From: Carcharhinus amblyrhynchos
Taxonomy: Eukaryota
Assembly (NCBI GenBank): GCA_965287045.1
Contig: OZ336875.1
Span: forward strand, 86,800,001 to 86,864,000
Length of the DNA stretch: 64,000 bases
Direction of reading: 5' to 3'
Shown here in pieces: positions 1 to 12,448 of this stretch; position 1 is the stretch's first letter; every line of letters starts with the position of its first letter. The position numbers and the translations under genes were made by a program. The notes under the pieces are model-generated. The model saw only the letters and a program-made list of their open reading frames with translations, made no database searches and was not told the origin of the DNA.

Positions 1-440
1 TGTTTTAATTTATTCATGGGAATGAGAGAGCCACTAGATGACCAACATTTATTGCCCATCCCAAACTGCCCTTGATAACGAGCCATCTTCCTCAACCTCT
101 GCAGTCCATGTAATGTAAGTTAAGGCACAGTGTTTTTAGGAAGGGAGGTCCAGGATTTTAACCCAACAAAAATGAAGGAACAGTGATTTGGTTCCAAGTC
201 AGAATGGTATGTTACTTGCAGGTGGTGGTGTTCCCTTTCACTTTCTGCCTTTGTTCTTTTGGTGGTGAGCTCACAAGGTTTTAAAGTGCTGTCAAAGGGC
301 TTTTTAATTCCAGATTTTTAATGAAGTCAAATTTCTACATTTGCCATAATTCAAGCCCAGGTCCCCAGGGTATTATCATACGTCTCTGGATTACTGACAA
401 TGGCTGGTCTTGTTAGGATGCCATCTAGCCACTGCCTCCT
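1..440 (-). mobile_element. 3' fragment of an old CR1/L2-group LINE
   Basis: Reverse complement of the tail seen at 1200-1262 (TTTATTGCCCATCCC vs GGGCAATAAA). Similar sequence recurs at 4090-4440 (TTCCAAGTCAGAATGGT...GTGGTGTT). Confidence 0.55.
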
Positions 441-519
441 ATCATTATATATATATGTTCATGCAATTATATCAAATAAATGCATCTTTTACAAGTAAAC
501 ACAAAGATCCCAGAATTCT

Positions 520-775
520 ATGGGACCATTTACCATAAAACATGCGCTTAAGCCATGCACATTCCCAGCGCTGTTAAATAAACACAACGCCTCTGTGACA
601 GAGCAGCACTAATAATTGGAAGGGAGGACAGGGGCCTCCATTAAATGGTATGAATTAGCTGAAGACTGCAGCAGCAGATAAGTAATTAACGTTTCGCAAG
701 ACTTTGATTTGAAAGTCACTGTAATAGGTGATTCATTTAACATTTAGCGCCACATTTAAAGAATGTCCTCATCTG
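520..775. promoter_or_regulatory. Candidate conserved non-coding element or enhancer
   Basis: Unique non-repeat island between transposons with retained CpGs, clustered TAAT/ATTA homeodomain cores, GATAAG and a TCF/LEF-like CTTTGAT. Conservation not tested. Confidence 0.25.
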
Positions 776-1074
776 GAGTAGGTAAAAACACCAGATTGGA
801 AGAAGGTACAGAAGAGGAACCAAAATTATAATGAAGGTAATCTTCAGACATTTCTTGAAATGTTGCAAATGAGAGAAAAACCCTGAATGGCTGATTGTAA
901 ATGCAATAAAATCAGGAAAAGTGCTTTGGATGTTACGTGGATAGAGGTGGCAATGACACCTTCATACTGCAGACTAGTGACAGCAAAAATTCATCAGTGA
1001 AGGTGGGCAAGTAACATCCATCCACCATTCGTTTTCCTTCTTGGATGGAATGGATACCAAAATACTATTCACTC

Positions 1075-1262
1075 TCTCAAATTAATGGGTGTCCTTCCGG
1101 GAAGAAAATCAGCCATCGTTACCTGATCTGATCTACATGTGACGTCAGATCCACAGCAATATGGTTGACTCTTCCATACACTCTGAAATAGCCTAGCAAT
1201 TAGGCATGGGCAATAAATGTTGGCCCAGCTAGTGATGCCCACATTCAGTGATTTTTTAAAAA
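1075..1262 (+). mobile_element. 3' part of a chondrichthyan SINE sharing the LINE tail at 1-440
   Basis: CTACATGTGACGTCAGATCCACAGCAATATGGTTGACTCT...GGGCAATAAATGTTGGCCCAGCTAGTGATGCCCACATT matches a recalled shark SINE 3' region. Confidence 0.5.
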
Positions 1263-1697
1263 TCCTCAGGTAATGTATTACATGACCTCCCATTAGCATT
1301 GACCCCTGTATGAATGAAACTCCCAGGCCTCAGTGTCAGCAAAGCCATGTCATGAAAAGATCTCCCTAAACAGGAAGAAATGGGAATATAGAAAAATTGA
1401 ATTAGGGTTCAAATTCCATTCATTAGTCAATTCTTTTGATTCTCATTTCACTCCCAACCAACCATCTTTTTTAACTCACAAGATTGTTCTTTTCCCAGGT
1501 CCACCTTTTCTCCTGCAGCTCCAGTAGATCTGCAATTTTTAAAATCTCACTTGAATAATTAAAAATTAATTTTAGAGCCAGCAATTTTTTCTGCCCTCTT
1601 ATTACTGGCATAAACACCCTGATGCTTAACACAAGTTTAAGTATGATTTGTTGCTATTTTTGGCTTTTGTTATTTCTTTCTATCCAGTTTATGCAGT

Positions 1698-1832
1698 GGG
1701 TGGGATTCTCCAGCTGTTCATACCAACGGGATTCTCTGGTCTCACTGCAGTGAACGGAGCTGTGGCCGAGTGCCAAATTCGCCGTCCTTGCTGGCAGCAG
1801 CGGCAGGCATGAACAGCTGAAGAATTTCAGCC
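1698..1832. mobile_element. Small MITE with ~30-bp terminal inverted repeats
   Basis: GGGTGGGATTCTCCAGCTGTTCATACC at the left end pairs with GGCATGAACAGCTGAAGAATTTCAGCC at the right end. Second copy at 3152-3260. Confidence 0.7.
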
Positions 1833-2754
1833 AGTATCTCCCTATTCTAGACTCCATTTCCAATGTTTTAAAACAGGCAATTGCTTACTCTTCAAATACT
1901 TATTCCATTTATCTCAGCTCTCACTTATTGGTCAATTTTTTCTCATAGTGGGGTACACTATCTCAGGCAGCCCTCCTTCTGAAATTAGTAACCAGCACTG
2001 GCACTGAAAAATGTCACAATTCACATATGAAAATTAGTAAAATTACAAAGTAACAATTGGTGATAACATGCAAGGCTCCCTTGAAACAATGAAGGCTTGC
2101 TACACCCAATGTATTGAAATGTTACCTTCATTGGGTACTTTAAGAACATTCTGTGAATTTGGACTATTTTTATTGAATAGTTCTACTCAACTTCTGTCTT
2201 GAATTAGCTTTTATCCAGTTTTTTAAAGTGAACAGATTATACTGGGATTAGCAAGGTCAGAGGCAAAAGCACTCCAGCGGTTCCACAGATTACACCTTTT
2301 CAGAATTAGTTGTCTTAGAATGTTTTGCAACATGCAGTCTAAAACTGGTGCCATGGAGTGTAAGCATTCTTGCGTCTTCAAATGTTAATTCAATGGTGCT
2401 CTTGTTGAAAAATGCTATAACAGGGAAACATCCAAAGGGTTAATTTCTCCAGATTTTGCTTGCAAACCAGTAATAGATTGGCATAGATGGAGGCCAGATA
2501 TCTGTTTTTTCAGTTGGGAAAAAGTTCTGACATGGGATGCAATAGCCAACACAATTTTTTCTTGAGATGAAAAAAAACTGGGTGATACTCTAGTTTCAAC
2601 CAATCAGTTGGTAAGAATTAATAAGGAAATACGCAGCAGTTTCACATTCTGAACTTTTCTTATTTAGTTAAACAAAGGAAAGGTTAGGGTCAATTAGATA
2701 TGAAAAAGAAATTTTGACAGATATTGAAGGAATACCAGAAATTCAAAATGAGTT

Positions 2755-2892
2755 AAAAGCAAAATTAAAAGCAAAATACTACAGATGCTGAAATCTGAAA
2801 CAAAAACAGAAAATTCTGGAAAATCCCAGCAGGTCTGACAGCATCTGTGGGGAGAGAATACAGCCAACTTTTCCAGTCTGGATGACCTTCAT
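2755..2892. mobile_element. Half copy of short Penelope-like repeat (family B)
   Basis: AAAGCAAAATACTACAGATGCTGAAATCTGAAACAAAAACAGAAAATTCTGGAAAATCCCAGCAGGTCTGACAGCATC is shared with copies at 7608, 15852 and 49362. Confidence 0.7.
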
Positions 2893-3151
2893 AAAATGAG
2901 TTATTTGTTTTGTTTTAATTTAAAAGTTGAATGAATACATGCAAAGCAAGGAAGTCATTACATTTATGTTGACTTCTGCTAAAGGTGGTGGCAGTGCATC
3001 ATTTAAGCAGGTTGTTTTCATAAAGTTACATAGGTTATGTAATTCTTTTGAAATTAATTTTTTAAGGTGTCGAACCTAAAACAAATTGAAATGAGTTTTG
3101 TTTTGAGAAGTCATGTCACATATTATACTGACAGCTTTCATCCTCGTCCTT

Positions 3152-3260
3152 GGCTGGGATTCTCCGGTGCTACTGCACTGAATGGATTTTTGGCTGAACG
3201 CCAAATACTCCATTCTCGCTGGCTGTGGGCAGGGATGGATGAGACTGAAGAATGCCACCC
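3152..3260. mobile_element. Small MITE, same family as 1698-1832
   Basis: Starts GGCTGGGATTCTCC, ends GAAGAATGCCACCC, and shares the internal CTGCA.TGAA.GGA...GCCAAAT segment. Confidence 0.65.
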
Positions 3261-3554
3261 TTTGTCTGTTAATATTAGATGCCAACAGATTCAATGCCAC
3301 AAAGCAGGATCCAATGAAGAAAACTATGTGATTAGATCAATAGTATGAATACTATTCACTGATGTGGTATAATTCTGTATCTTTTACTGCAGTATAGCAA
3401 ACTTGGTTTGTGAAGGAAAAGAGCCACGATAACATAGATGAATGAAGTCATGGCAAGTTCTAATGTAGCATATATCCTTAGACAGATTAATGAATTAGAG
3501 AAATTAAAAAACAGTTTAGGATTTTTTTTTCTGTGTGAAGGTAACGACAGCACC

Positions 3555-3825
3555 TAGAGCACCTCAAACGTAGTAAAATAATCACAACAGCGTTATCAGA
3601 CAAAATTTAACATCGGGCCACATAAGGAGATATGAGGAAAAGTAACCAAAGGTTTGGTCAAAAGGGTAGACATTATGGAACATCTTTAAAGGGAGAAAGT
3701 GAATTTAAAGGCTGAGAGGCTCAAAGAAGGAATTCCAGAGCATAGAGCTTAACAATGAAATGAATGGCAAAATATAGAGGAGACAAGGAAATCAGGAGTG
3801 TAAAAGAAGCTAAAATTTGGAATAC
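3555..3825 (-). mobile_element. L2-like LINE 3' fragment
   Basis: Purine-rich degenerate segment (ACCAAAGGTTTGGTCAAAAGGGTAG...GGAATTCCAGAGC) resembles 49570-50110 and recalled L2 3' ends. Confidence 0.45.
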
Positions 3826-4074
3826 AGCTACACTGACTCTGATCTCACCCTATAATGACGCAGTTACTTTGTAGTAGAGGTCTTTGATAACTATCAGAAT
3901 CAGGAATCCAGACTTATTTTCCACAGCATAAGAAACAAATCCATTTGACAAATAAAACTTTGTTGTTTAATGACCTTTTCAACAATCAACTAAGATCTCA
4001 GAATTCTTTTTTGCTAGTAATAAAAATAGCCTGCAATATTTCAACCCCAACAGCAACCAGTATTCGATTGTTTC

Positions 4075-5585
4075 TTTCAATGAATGTGAGTATCGCATTT
4101 GTTGCCCTAATTTGCTGTCGAGAAGATGGTAGTGAGCTGCCTTCCTGAATCATTCCAGTCCATCTGGTGTAAATACACTCATAGTACTGATACAAGTTTT
4201 TGATCCGGAGACAGTGAGCAAATGGCGATATGCTTCCAAGTCAGAATGGTGTATGGTTTGAAGGGGAACTTGTAGGTAGTGGTGTTATGCTTATGTTCTT
4301 ATGTGTTCCTATGCATTCCTTGCTCTTATCCTTCTAGCTTCTAGGTCATGGGTTTGGAAGCTGCTATTGAAGGAAGCTTGGTAAGTGGCTGCAGTGTGTC
4401 TTGTATATGGTACAGACTGCTTTGAAATTGCACTGGTGATGGATGACAATGTTATAAATGTAGGTCCCTTTAAGAATAAAGCAGGTCTTGCTTTAGAGTG
4501 AATTGAGAGCAGGTGATGATCATTGAAGCTAATACTTAAGAGTTGGTTTTTCTCCTGTTGGTGCTGTTTCTTGACAGGGAGAGGATGCAGAAGGGAAGAG
4601 TGGAAACCCAATGCTTGCACTGAACAATTGCATCACAACAAAATAGTTGTGCATAATCAGAATGCCTTCTGCTGCCTAATTCAGTAAATGGATATTCACC
4701 TCTAAAACAGTGGAGAGAATGATGAGTATGGTGTCAATCATGCAGGTTGCTTTGTCCTGGATGGTACAAGCTTCTTTAGCGCTGCATTCAACTGTGCACG
4801 TAGCCAGTATTCCACCACACTCCTGATTTGTGCCTTGCTAACAGGCTTTAGGGAGACAGGAGGCAATTTATTCACCACAAAATTCCCAGCATTAACATGC
4901 TCTTGTAGCCAAGTATTTGTATAGCTGGTCCGTGATGATCCTCAAGATCTTGATGGTAATTTTATTGAATGTCAAGAAGAGATGGCTTGATTCTTTCTTG
5001 TTGGAGATGGTCATTGTCTGTCACTTGAATGTGGTGTGAATGTTACTTGCCACTTATCCGCCAGGCCTGAATGTTGTCCAGGTCTTCCTGCATGTGGGCA
5101 TGAACAGTATCTAAGGAGTCACAAATGGTGTTGAACATCTGTGCAGTCATCAGCAAACATCTCCACTTCTGATCTCATGATGGAGGGAAGATCATTGCTG
5201 AAGTAGTTGAGTTTGGATGGACCAAAGAAACTACCCTGAGGAACTCCCGTATTGATGTCCTAGGGTTGAGATACTTAGTCTCCAACAAGCACAACCATCC
5301 TCTTTTGGGTTAATTATGACTCCGACCAGTGGAGTGTTTTCCTCTAATTCCTGCAGACTGCAATTTTGCCAGGGCTCCTTGATGCCAAACTTGCCTATTG
5401 CCTCGATGTCAAGAGCAGTCACTCTCAGCTCATCTCTTGAACTAGCGAGCAGGTTATTGCTGTCTAAGCGTCACTTGACAACACCACCAACAACACCTTT
5501 CATTATTTTGTTGATAGTCAAAAGTGTTCTAATGGAGTGTGAATGGCCAGATTGGATTAGTCCTGATTTATGTGGTCAGGATACC
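4075..5585 (-). mobile_element. Old CR1/L2-group LINE RT region, decayed
   Basis: Minus-strand remnants include 'TALDIEA' (LDIxxAFD motif) and GGAGTTCCTCAGGGTAGT (GVPQGS). The element resumes after the younger CR1 at about 6334. Confidence 0.7.
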
Positions 5586-6333
5586 AAAGAACAAAGAAAA
5601 TCACAGCACAAGAACAGGCCCTTTGCCCCCCACCCCACCCCCTCAAGCCTGCACCAACCATGCTGCCCGACTTAACTAAAACCCCCTAACCTTCCGGGGA
5701 CCATATCTCTTTATTCCCATCCTATTCATGTATTTGTCAAGATGCCCCTTAAAATTCACTACCATATCTGCTTCCACTACCTCCCCTGGCGAGTTCCAGG
5801 CACCCATTACTCTCTGTGTAAAAAATCTGCCTCGTACATCTCCTTTAAAGCTTGCTCCTCGCACTTGAAACCTGTGCCCCAGTAATTGACTCTTCTACCT
5901 GGGAAAAAGCTTCTGACTATCCACTCTGTCAATGCCTCTCATAATCTTGTAGACTTCTATTAGGTCGCCTCTCAACCTCCGTCGTTCCAATGAGAACAAA
6001 CCAAGTTTCTCCAATCTCTCCTCATTCTTGATGCCCTCCATACCAGGCAGCATCCTGGTAAATCTTTTCTGTACCCTCTCCAAAGTCTCCACATCCTTCT
6101 GGTAGTGTGGCGATCAGAATTGAACACTACATTCCAAGTGTGGCCTAACTAAGGTTCAAAAAAGCTGTAACATGACTTGCCAATTTTTAAACTCAGTGCC
6201 CTGGCTGATGAAGGCAAGCATGCCGTATGCCTTCTTGACTACCTTCTCTACCTACATTGACAGTTTGTGACCTGTGTACCTGTACAACCAGATCCCTTTG
6301 CCTATCAAAACTCATAAGCGTTCTGCAATTTAC
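5586..6333 (-). mobile_element. Younger 5'-truncated CR1 LINE (ORF2 C-terminus and 3' UTR)
   Basis: ORFs give LERVQKRFTRMLPG...LERRRLRGDLIEVYKIMRG and FFTQRV.GAWN, typical CR1 ORF2 C-terminal motifs. TTCTTTG tail repeat at 5586-5600. Confidence 0.92.
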
Positions 6334-6797
6334 TGAGCAATTTTCTACATGTTAAGTACTGCGATGACATTTAACTGCACCTTACTTCCTGATAAATTCA
6401 GATTCATTTATCTCCTTAATGCAAATGTTGCCATGTATCAGCTCCATTGATTGTATTACCAGTATGGCTATTAGTTAGAGAAACTTTTGATCCTTAATTA
6501 TGAATATTAAGAGCTGGAGATAAAAAAAATTTATAAAGTGAACTGTATTTATAATATATATGTTTATGATACTTTCTCAAAGTTCAGTCGCCAGTAGTAA
6601 TCGATCTGACTGTGATATATGACTTTTAAAACCCTCGCTCTATAATCCATCGTAGGTAGCTATTACAAAATGGACAAATGATTTCCTAATAATTAACTAC
6701 AGATTATCTTTGTTGTTGTGAAAGCTCCTAGATCCCTTTCACTAAACATCACACTTTGCTTTACTGAACCTAGCTCTCATCATCATATGATAATTCA

Positions 6798-7170
6798 TTG
6801 GAGTTTAGAAGAGTGAAAGAGGAGAACCACAGAAACTTATAAAATTCTAATAGGATTAGATTCAGTACAAATGGTGGGGGAGTCCAGATCTAGGGGCGAT
6901 GGTTTGAGGACTGAGCTGAAGAGAAATTTCTTCACCCAGAAAGTGGTGAATTTGTGGAATTCACTACTACAAAAAGTAGTTGAGGGCAAAACCTTGTGAT
7001 TTCAAGAAGAAATTAGATACAGCTCTGGGGCTAAAGCAGTCAAGGAACATGGGGCAAAGACAGGATCAGGGTATTGAATTTAATGATCAGCCATGATCAA
7101 AATGAACGTTGGAGCAGGCTCAAAGGGCCAAATGGCCTACGCCTCTTCTATTTTCTATGTATGTTTCTAT
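6798..7170 (+). mobile_element. CR1 3' fragment
   Basis: AGAAATTTCTTCACCCAGAAAGTGGTGAATTTGTGGAATTCACT...GGGCCAAATGGCCTAC with a TTCTATG tail. Homologous to 62230-62606. Confidence 0.85.
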
Positions 7171-7269
7171 GCAACTCCCAGAGGGCAACAAGAAAAGGCT
7201 AAAAACTATCATAATCACCAGAAATGTTTGTTAAAGAGGTAATGATGTCACCAGAAAGTGGCTGAAAAT

Positions 7270-7840
7270 AATTTCACAACCTCTGGTTGTGAAACACAAT
7301 GGGACATCCTATGACAAACTTTTGAAGTCTAGTCACTATTATGATATAGGAAAATCATGGCAGCCAAATTGCATACAGCAAGGTCCCACTAACAGCTTTC
7401 AGATAAACAATGAATAAACTATCTCAGTGACATTGGTTGAAGATAAATGTTGGCCTAATCACCAGATGAACTTCCCAGCTCTTCTATTCAGAGCTGATGT
7501 TTAGTCACATCAAAATTATAACTATTCTGCCTCAGTACTGCATGGGAGTGTCAGTTAGGATTGGGGCTTTAACCATTAATTTTGGAATCAAAGGCAAGGA
7601 TGCTAACAAAAAAGAAAATACAAAAGCAAAATACTGTGGATGCGCGAGAACTAAAAACAGAAAGTTCTGAAAGTACTCAGCATATCTGGCAGTGTCTCTC
7701 AGAAATGGACAAGACAGTTCTGACAGAAGGTCAATGACTCGAAACATTAACTCAGTTTTTCTTATCACAGCTGCTGCCAGATCTGCTCAGTATTTCGAGC
7801 ATTTGCTTTTTTACTACTACCAGTGAGCCAGAGGTCACAC
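7270..7840 (-). mobile_element. DeuSINE (SacSINE1-like), interrupted by the 7608-7812 element
   Basis: GGCAGCCAAATTGCATACAGCAAGGTCCCAC and CTCAGTACTGCATGGGAGTGTCAG are reverse complements of recalled Deu-domain motifs. Confidence 0.65.
7608..7812. mobile_element. Palindromic short Penelope-like repeat (family B) with decayed hammerhead motif
   Basis: Arms TACTCAGCATATCTGGCAG and CTGCCAGATCTGCTCAGTA are inverted. Centre reads AGTT-CTGACAGA-AGGTCAATGACTC-GAAA-CATT-AACT. Confidence 0.65.
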
Positions 7841-9429
7841 CTTGTTATTAGAACAATATCCATGGTTTATTTATCTCATATGTATAAGGTACATAACCAC
7901 ATCCAGAATCAGCAACATGGCCAAACTTGAAACTTTTAAAAATTCCAGCTTACTTTATAAACACTAGATAGAAAAGTAATTTAAAGATTGTATTGCACCT
8001 GAAGAATCAGATGATTCTTGTGCATGACTTGAGCCTTGCCCTCAGAATTCAGGGATCGCAAACACTTGATTACACTGCTGACCTTATCAATCGTTCCAAC
8101 TGACCTGGAATCCTAGTTAGCACCTCAAAGGGACATATTATTCAGATTTTGTAAAACTGTAACAGGTGATTTGATTACAAGGATAACCAAAGTTCTTTCC
8201 ATTAATGATTAGGGAAAACAACATGACTCAAGCTAACAAGCTGTGACAAATCCCATATATTTCTGCATTTATCATACATAGCAGTTTCTTGCCCCAATAT
8301 TACAATCTGGCTTACTAAGTTAAGGAGTCAGAAAAGCAATGCTTCCAGAATAGATTTGTACGATAACAAAGCATTTTCTCTATTAATGATTAAATAAGCA
8401 AGGTCGTTAAACCACAGGTATCCTAAGTATACATGTATTATTGTTTCTGTAAACAGTTAGGACCTTCTGGTAAAATCCGAGTGCTATTATCTTCAGAAAG
8501 ATATGTGAAACACCTACTGTGATATTGCAGGTCAGATTCCTCTACATGAGATGATTTATTTTTTAATTAAATATCCTAAAAATAGGCCTCAGTATGTATC
8601 CAAAAGTTAAAGTGATGATACTTTCTGTTTCAAATGTAATATTGTTGGTCTCACAATATTTAAAGTTAATATTTCTTCCGTAACAATTTCCTATTTTTAA
8701 ATTAGATTATTGTTTTGTTTTAAGCAGACAAACCTGCTAAGATACTGCCAAGTACAGTGGACTATGTGGTTAGCCTTTGTAAACTACATTACAGAATTTC
8801 TGTTCATCAAACAATTGATCCAATTAACTGTTGACTTTAGGATTTATTTTTAATTCTAAACAGTATAGAAAATTTTCAGTTAAAATAAAGGCCAAAATAC
8901 AAGTTCAGTTGTTACCACAATAATATTCACTCAACACAATGGACAAAACAGGGTCTGAACATCCATGTTACAAGTGTGCACTCTGGTCACTCTCGCTATA
9001 TTGGCAGCAAATCAATTGATCAATCATGAGGTATTTGATAACATTCAACCTTTATTCATGTTGCCATAACCCCAATGCTAGTTAAGAAGAAATTGATTGC
9101 ATTCATAAGCTCTCTACATTTTTCATATTCTGGCGATTGAGAGCAAAGCACTTAGGTTAGAAAAAGGAGAAGAAATCAAATTACAATCTTGATGCACAGC
9201 AAGCAGCACTTTGTGCTGATCATCAAACACCTGACAATTTGAACTTGTCTGCACTTTTTAATTTTATTACTATTTTTAGATGTGAAATGTTTATTCAATC
9301 ATTTCACAGAGCAAACTGTGCTGTTAATGCAAAACATCAAAAATAATTATCAGTAAATTTGATCACTTCTATTTAAAACCACTGTGAGATCCATGGCAAG
9401 AAAAACCATGGCAGTGTGCGCTCTTACAT

Positions 9430-11460
9430 AAGGTCTCATTTTGGTATAGTGCTTCCATTACCTGGGATGGAATTTGTCCTTCAGGTGTCCAGAATCATCC
9501 TTCAATGATCTGATCCTTAAGATCTTATGTACTTTGAACACTCATTTTTCTTTGACCTTAGAAAACAAAAATAAAGTTCTGAAATCTCACCAATGTACTG
9601 GCCTATAGAAGACATCATGAAACAACAAACAAAACATTAGCTATCTGTTCATTTGGTTAAAGGACGTATAAATTCAATTCCTCTCAATTTTGGCAGCCAC
9701 AGCTGAATACAGTATTAATGGTGCGGACTATAGCATTATATTATTTGATCATCAACTGCACCGACTTGTATTCTACTGATTTGACAACGTCATTCAACAT
9801 ACTACTGGTTTTGTTGATTATTACACTCCATTGTTGGGACATATTTGGAGTCAACTCTAAGTTGCTAAGTCTTTTTCAGCTTCTGCCTTAGCCATTTCAA
9901 CATTACTTGGAAATCAATGTATCATTCATTTTCTTCTATCTATAATACATGTCTGCATTAAACTTAATCAGTTATTACTCTATTCACATTCAAATCTTGT
10001 TAAACTGAAACTTTGTAGTTTGTTAGCTGCCTCCTTCAATTCCACTACTCCTACTAGTTGGGATAATCCTTAAATTTTGCCAAATTATATTATTTTCGAA
10101 ACTAGATCAATTATAGATATAGAAATTGTGGTGGTCATAACACTGAATCCTGTGATACACCACTCTCTATTTCTTCCCACTTTGACATAACTCCACTAAT
10201 GAGTATTTGCTGTTTCCTTCACTTCAGCTTTTTTTTTTATCAATTCTGAAGGTTTGCCCTAAATCTCCACAACCCTGAGTTTAATTAATAGATTTTTACA
10301 TATAGCATTATCAAAAGCCTTTTGACCAACAAGGTGCACCACATGATGGGACATTCCACAATTCACTTACGTTGTGATATTCTCAAAGCTGTTGAACAGG
10401 TTGATCTGACAGAATCTTCCCCTGCTGGTTGTATGGTCACCTCTGTTAACTAGGTTTCTGTTCCAAAGTTTGTTTTCAAATTTGATCCTGATCGTTGATT
10501 CTATACCTTTAGATGGAAAAGACTAAAGGGGCCATACTTTCCTGTACTTTCAACGTTTGTCACCCTTATGAACATGGGCACCAATTAGCCTGCTTCCAAT
10601 CCATTAATACTTGCCTTCCAGTGCCTATTGCATTCCCAATAACTGACAGTTCCTCACAGATCTACCTGTTTCTCTCATAATAATTACCATTTAGCACTGG
10701 GGATCTATTTCTTTTAAGCACCAGCTAGGACTACTGTACAATTAATTAATTGGGCAAAATCTTCAACTTTAATGGGGACATAAAATGAACAGTAGTGGAT
10801 CATCTGCTCATCTGCTACACCTCACTCGATTTACCTTTCTACTGACATCAATAGAAGGGAAAATTATAGGCTTGAATAATAGACAACCAGTTCACTAATT
10901 CCAGTTGTATATCTATGCCAACGCTGAACATTTTTACCACTGAATTTGCCGAAGTTATTTTGAGGATGTCATGTTGCTCAGGTTCCCTTGCTGAACATCA
11001 GAAGAAATTCATTCCATTATTTCATTGACTATTTTATGCTTTTCCTGACTTTTAAGTTTGTAAGCATCATTTCATCCTGTTTAGTTCGTTCAATCAGACC
11101 ACAGTACCGAGACAGCCTGAAAAATATCTTTACCTCTTGTGCTGCAGTTAAAAATGCTATTTCATATGTGCTTTTATATAACCGCTTTACCACTGAAATT
11201 ACCTGCTGCAGTCACAAACACACTAAACTAGAGCCGTGATAAAGCTGGAGTGAAGCAACAAAATGCTACCACTTCGAGGTACAAAAGCTCTATTTCCAGA
11301 AGATGCCCCTTTTCAAAGTTCAAATATACCAGATTTGTAACATCCAACTTATCTCAGCAATTCATGGTAACTCTCTCCCTCTCACTACCATGGAATCTTT
11401 CAGATTTGTCATACACAAACTCTACAATCTTGAAAGATACCAAAAAATTATTCAATCTAT
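9430..11460 (-). mobile_element. Very old, heavily decayed CR1-like LINE (RT plus upstream remnants)
   Basis: Minus strand at about 10140-10165 encodes SGVSQDSVL (SGVPQGSVL-like). TCAAAAGCCTTTTG at about 10311-10324 reads as KAFD on the minus strand. Many stops and frameshifts. Confidence 0.6.
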
Positions 11461-11902
11461 TTGTAAAAAAAATCTACTTAAATGGGAGCTCAGTTTTCCA
11501 TGGTGAGCAAAAGTTGATTTTAAAATAACATCAGCACATTTGTTGAATGTGTGAATCTATTTTCCTTCAGTAATTGCAAATTATGGGTATCTTGCTATAT
11601 GTTTGCATTATCATCCAGAAAATAGTTTAAAATATTAAGAATAGGAGAAATGCTGCATAAAGCATATCATTGCTCTCCTTCCTTTGTTCACTCCCACCAA
11701 ATATGAGTTTCAGTCTACTCAACAATGTACTATTAAACATTCTCAGTTTTTTTTTACACAAGTGGTCAGGTTATTTTGTTATTGCAAAGTCAACCCCATG
11801 ACTAATGGATAGCGTGAATGGAGAGCTCTGATGTTACCCAGTCACAGCAAGAAGCCTCACAACACCGGGTTAAAGTCCAACAGGTTTATTTGGTAGCACA
11901 AG

Positions 11903-11939
11903 CCATGAGCTTTCAGAGGACTGCCCCTTCATCAGGTGA
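11903..11939 (-). ncRNA. Minimal type I hammerhead ribozyme motif (core intact, stem I mismatch)
   Basis: Minus strand reads TCAC-CTGATGA-AGGGG CAGT CCTCT-GAAA-GC-TC^ATGG: CUGAnGA and GAAA core, 5-bp stem II, palindromic AGCT stem III. Confidence 0.6.
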
Positions 11940-12410
11940 GTAGGAGTTATGTTCACAAACAGGCCATATAAAGACACAAAATCAATTTACAAAATAATGG
12001 GTGGGATGTGAGTCTTGACAGGTAATCAAATCTTAAAAGTACAAACAACGTGAGTGGAGAGAGGGTTAAGCACAGGTTAAAGAGATGTGTATTGTCTCCA
12101 GCTAAGACAGTGAGATTTCATTCTGTTGATTATTTCATTGACTATTTTATGCTTTTCCTCACTTTTAAGCTTGTGAGCATCATTTTAACTATCATCCTGT
12201 TTAGTTTGTTCAATCAGACCGCAGTCTGATTGAACAAACACCCTGAAACATATCTTATAACACATCTCTTTAACCTGTGCTTAACGCTCTCTCTACTCAT
12301 ATTGTCTGTACCTTCAACACTTGATTACCTGTAAAGACTTGCATTCCAACCATTATTTTGTAAATTGAGTTTGTATCTTTATATGACCTATTTGTGAACA
12401 GAACTCCCAC

Positions 12411-12448
12411 TCACCTGATAAAGGGGGCAGCGCTCCGAAAGCTAGTGA
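12411..12448 (+). ncRNA. Minimal type I hammerhead ribozyme motif (G8-to-A mutated)
   Basis: TCAC-CTGATAA-AG-GGGGC AGC GCTCC-GAAA-GC-TA^GTGA. Stem I TCAC/GTGA and stem II pair, but the core has CUGAUAA instead of CUGAUGA. Confidence 0.6.
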
